IMG/VR virus record: IMGVR_UViG_3300037243_000031
Location: 1-44,936 of that record
DNA length: 44,936 nt
Reading direction: 5' to 3' (one strand)
Source of the DNA: a virus
Lineage: Duplodnaviria > Caudoviricetes
Positions 42,791 to 44,936 of this stretch are shown one piece after another. Numbering within the stretch: the stretch's first letter is position 1; every line of letters begins with the position of its first letter. Position numbers and translations under genes: made by a program. The notes under the pieces are model-generated. The model did no database searches and had not been told where the DNA came from. It was given only the letters and a program-made list of their open reading frames with translations.

Positions 42791-43369
42791 TTAATTGAAA
42801 CTGCCGCCCCGTTCAAACGTGTCCTTGCGAACGGAAAGCGCTTGACGACGTTGATCTGGCAGGTACTTTTCACCGATACGGTCGGTATTCATGCCCCCGT
42901 TCTTCAACATTTCTGTCTCAGAATCACGAATTTTCTTCGCGGAATCCTGCTGGTCCTCTTCGAACCATTCCTTCTTGATCTTCATCAGGTAGGCGTACAG
43001 CGGCTCGTTCTGGTCGGTTGTCCCGACGATCGCGCGCACCTTGTTGCCGATATCCGAGTTGCGACCGACTACCTTGTTGCTGTCGCCGAGCGCAATCTCG
43101 TCCTGCGTCACGTATTCCCACCAGCTCCGACTCACCGCTGTGTCCAGGCGGCCCGGTGCGTCATTGAACCAGCGCAATTGGTAGCCCGGAATCTCTGTTA
43201 CGACCGACAGCTTCTTGTTCGTGCCGTTGAACACCCCGCGCTCGCGAACCGCCGTGCGCGTGATGTCTCTTTCGTTCTGCGACCGGACGGCGGGCATATC
43301 ACCTGCCAAGTCCGAATTATCCTGGGTCACTGCCGCCAGTTCTTCAAGTCGTTCTCTGCTGCGGGTCAT
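42791..43369 (-). CDS. conserved head-module protein
   Basis: PGYQLRWFND, YAYLMKIKKEWFEED; TAATG-coupled to the scaffold. Confidence 0.7.
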   Translation of the reverse strand: MTRSRERLEELAAVTQDNSDLAGDMPAVRSQNERDITRTAVRERGVFNGTNKKLSVVTEIPGYQLRWFNDAPGRLDTAVSRSWWEYVTQDEIALGDSNKVVGRNSDIGNKVRAIVGTTDQNEPLYAYLMKIKKEWFEEDQQDSAKKIRDSETEMLKNGGMNTDRIGEKYLPDQRRQALSVRKDTFERGGSFN

Positions 43370-44259
43370 TAACGTTTCCTCCGATCGTCGTATCCGAAAT
43401 ACAAATCCACCCATTGCTTCTGTGTGAGCCCGCCATCCGCAACCGCTTCGTCGCAAGCCGCCTTCGCATCTTTTGGAAGCGAGTTGTACGACTTGCCTGT
43501 CGAAACCGCGCTGGACGCGCCTGGTGTGGCGCCCTCAACGGGGCTGCGTCGGCCTGCCTGGAACTTGTGCGGGAAAGCTTTGCGCACGCGCTCCGCCACT
43601 TGGTCGAGTAACTTGGGAAACGCCATCGATGGGTTCGATTCCCGAATCGACTTGCCGATCGTGCCGGCATACAGCGTCATGTCCTCGTCTACGTCGAACC
43701 ACGGCTGGCCTTTGGCCCACTCAACCATGTCGGCGTTGGTACGCCACTGGCCGGGTGCAATATTTTTCGGGGTAGTTTCGGGAAGATCAGGGAGTTCAGG
43801 GCCGCGCTCGCGCAAGCCATCGAGTTGCTCATCGATATCGGCTGCGGTCTCGTGTTCCCCGGAACGCAATGCTTCTCGCTTCTGTGCTTTTAGGAACGCG
43901 ACCTGCTGGTCGAATTCGTCCTTCTGCTTTTTGATCTGAATTTCGAAGATCTTCTTGTGCGCCGAGTCCATCCCGCGCATTTGAGCCTTCAATTCAGCTA
44001 AATCTGCTGCTTGGGCGGCAACTGCCTTGCGGAGTGCGCCATTGTTCCTGCTGTGCGTTTCCAGGAACGAGTCAGCGTCGGTCCACTTGGATTTGTCGCC
44101 CTTAAATTCGTCTTCAGGCTTCCATCCCAGTGCGCGTGCTTGCTCCTCAACGGTTCCGTCGTCGCCCGGTGGGTCTTCGACATCCGCGTTATCAGGACGG
44201 TATTCCGGAATGTCGTCGCCGTCAAGTGTTTCCGCTTCGATTTCGGCATTAGCTGGCAT
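43369..44259 (-). CDS. scaffolding protein (probable)
   Basis: Acidic N-terminus, ARALGWKP.DEF, coiled coil; GGAGGT RBS. Confidence 0.75.
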   Translation of the reverse strand: MPANAEIEAETLDGDDIPEYRPDNADVEDPPGDDGTVEEQARALGWKPEDEFKGDKSKWTDADSFLETHSRNNGALRKAVAAQAADLAELKAQMRGMDSAHKKIFEIQIKKQKDEFDQQVAFLKAQKREALRSGEHETAADIDEQLDGLRERGPELPDLPETTPKNIAPGQWRTNADMVEWAKGQPWFDVDEDMTLYAGTIGKSIRESNPSMAFPKLLDQVAERVRKAFPHKFQAGRRSPVEGATPGASSAVSTGKSYNSLPKDAKAACDEAVADGGLTQKQWVDLYFGYDDRRKR

Positions 44260-44569
44260 TTTCGACCTCCAAACCGACAACGTCGAGGTCGTTCAGGATG
44301 CGGTACTTCTCGCCGTCCTTGCCGGCCCACGGCAAACCCGAGTATTTCCCGAAGACGATTCGCTCGCCGGGTTTGGCCCAGTCGCCGGTCGGCGTGTCCT
44401 TCCAGCAGCCGTCGCCGGCGGCGATCAGCGTGCCTTTCACCTGCGCCATCTCTTCGCGGCCAGTTGTTTCCGTCACGAGCACGAGCCCGCTGGCTGTTTT
44501 CGTCTCAACCGAGTCCGGCTTGACGAGAAGCCGATGGCCGAGCGGAATAAACCCCGATGTGTTCTGCAT
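44249..44569 (-). CDS. groES: GroES-like co-chaperonin
   Basis: PLGHRLLVK, mobile loop KTASGLVL, GTLIAAGDG, GERIVFGKYSG, YRILND.DV.G. Confidence 0.9.
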   Translation of the reverse strand: MQNTSGFIPLGHRLLVKPDSVETKTASGLVLVTETTGREEMAQVKGTLIAAGDGCWKDTPTGDWAKPGERIVFGKYSGLPWAGKDGEKYRILNDLDVVGLEVENAS

Positions 44570-44572
44570 TTG

Positions 44573-44830
44573 TCAGTCCTTCATTGCGTTTAGGTAGGTC
44601 TCGTAATCGAGATCGATGATTCTTTCAGCAAACTGCACGTTCTCTACTGCGGCAAGGTTTGCCACGGCGACTTCGGCGGCCGACATCGTCGGCTTGCTGA
44701 ACTCACCGCGCGCCCACGCGTCTTTAGCCTCCACCACCTGCGCCTTGAGGAACGCCAGGAACCCCGCCGTTTCCTCCTGCCGGTGCCACGCCTCCCACTG
44801 GTCCCTGCTCAGGATTGCCTTGCTGTCCAC
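44573..44830 (-). CDS. hypothetical protein overlapping the portal 3' end
   Basis: GGAGGT RBS before GTG 44830; 85 aa. Confidence 0.65.
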   Translation of the reverse strand: MDSKAILSRDQWEAWHRQEETAGFLAFLKAQVVEAKDAWARGEFSKPTMSAAEVAVANLAAVENVQFAERIIDLDYETYLNAMKD

Positions 44831-44936
44831 CGTTACCTCCTTGCTGTTGCGAATCTTGCGTTTGCTGGAACAACTTGCTGTAGCTGTCAACCGCGCCCAT
44901 TAGTTGGTCCTGGTACTGCTTTGCGGCCTTCAATTC
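44724..44936 (-). CDS. portal protein C-terminal part
   Basis: In frame with 1..2118 through the terminal overlap. Confidence 0.85.
   Translation of the reverse strand, partial: ELKAAKQYQDQLMGAVDSYSKLFQQTQDSQQQGGNGGQQGNPEQGPVGGVAPAGGNGGVPGVPQGAGGGG
44763..44936. repeat. terminal direct repeat / circular overlap, right copy
   Basis: Matches 1-174 with one mismatch. Confidence 0.97.

Overview
The window is an essentially complete ~44.76-kb tailed dsDNA phage genome. Bases 1-174 repeat at 44763-44936 with one mismatch, and the portal gene runs across that junction. The minus-strand morphogenesis arm has a podovirus (P22-like) gene order: terS, terL, portal, GroES-like protein, scaffold, capsid, fibres, adaptor, hub, three ejection proteins and a lysis cassette. 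The replication module is APSE/SPO2-type: DUF2800 nuclease, DUF2815 SSB, family A polymerase, VRR-NUC, SNF2 helicase, and a divergent primase-helicase followed by an iteron-like repeat array. I found no integrase and no recognisable spanin. The host is probably a Gram-negative proteobacterium (inference from the outer-membrane beta-barrel gene). The most unusual elements are: (1) a C5 methyltransferase locus that is dual-coded over about 1 kb, where the second frame has its own Shine-Dalgarno, the missing motif IX and four W(P/S)TP modules resembling swappable specificity units; (2) a PurD-like ATP-grasp ligase, an Asp/Asn-hydroxylase-like dioxygenase and a cupin embedded among the virion genes; (3) a C4-like structured RNA in front of an HNH gene; (4) a five-copy promoter cassette TTTCGCAWCTGCTATAGT; (5) an RBS-occluding hairpin on an endonuclease VII gene. 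All calls come from motifs read by eye; no database searches were run.
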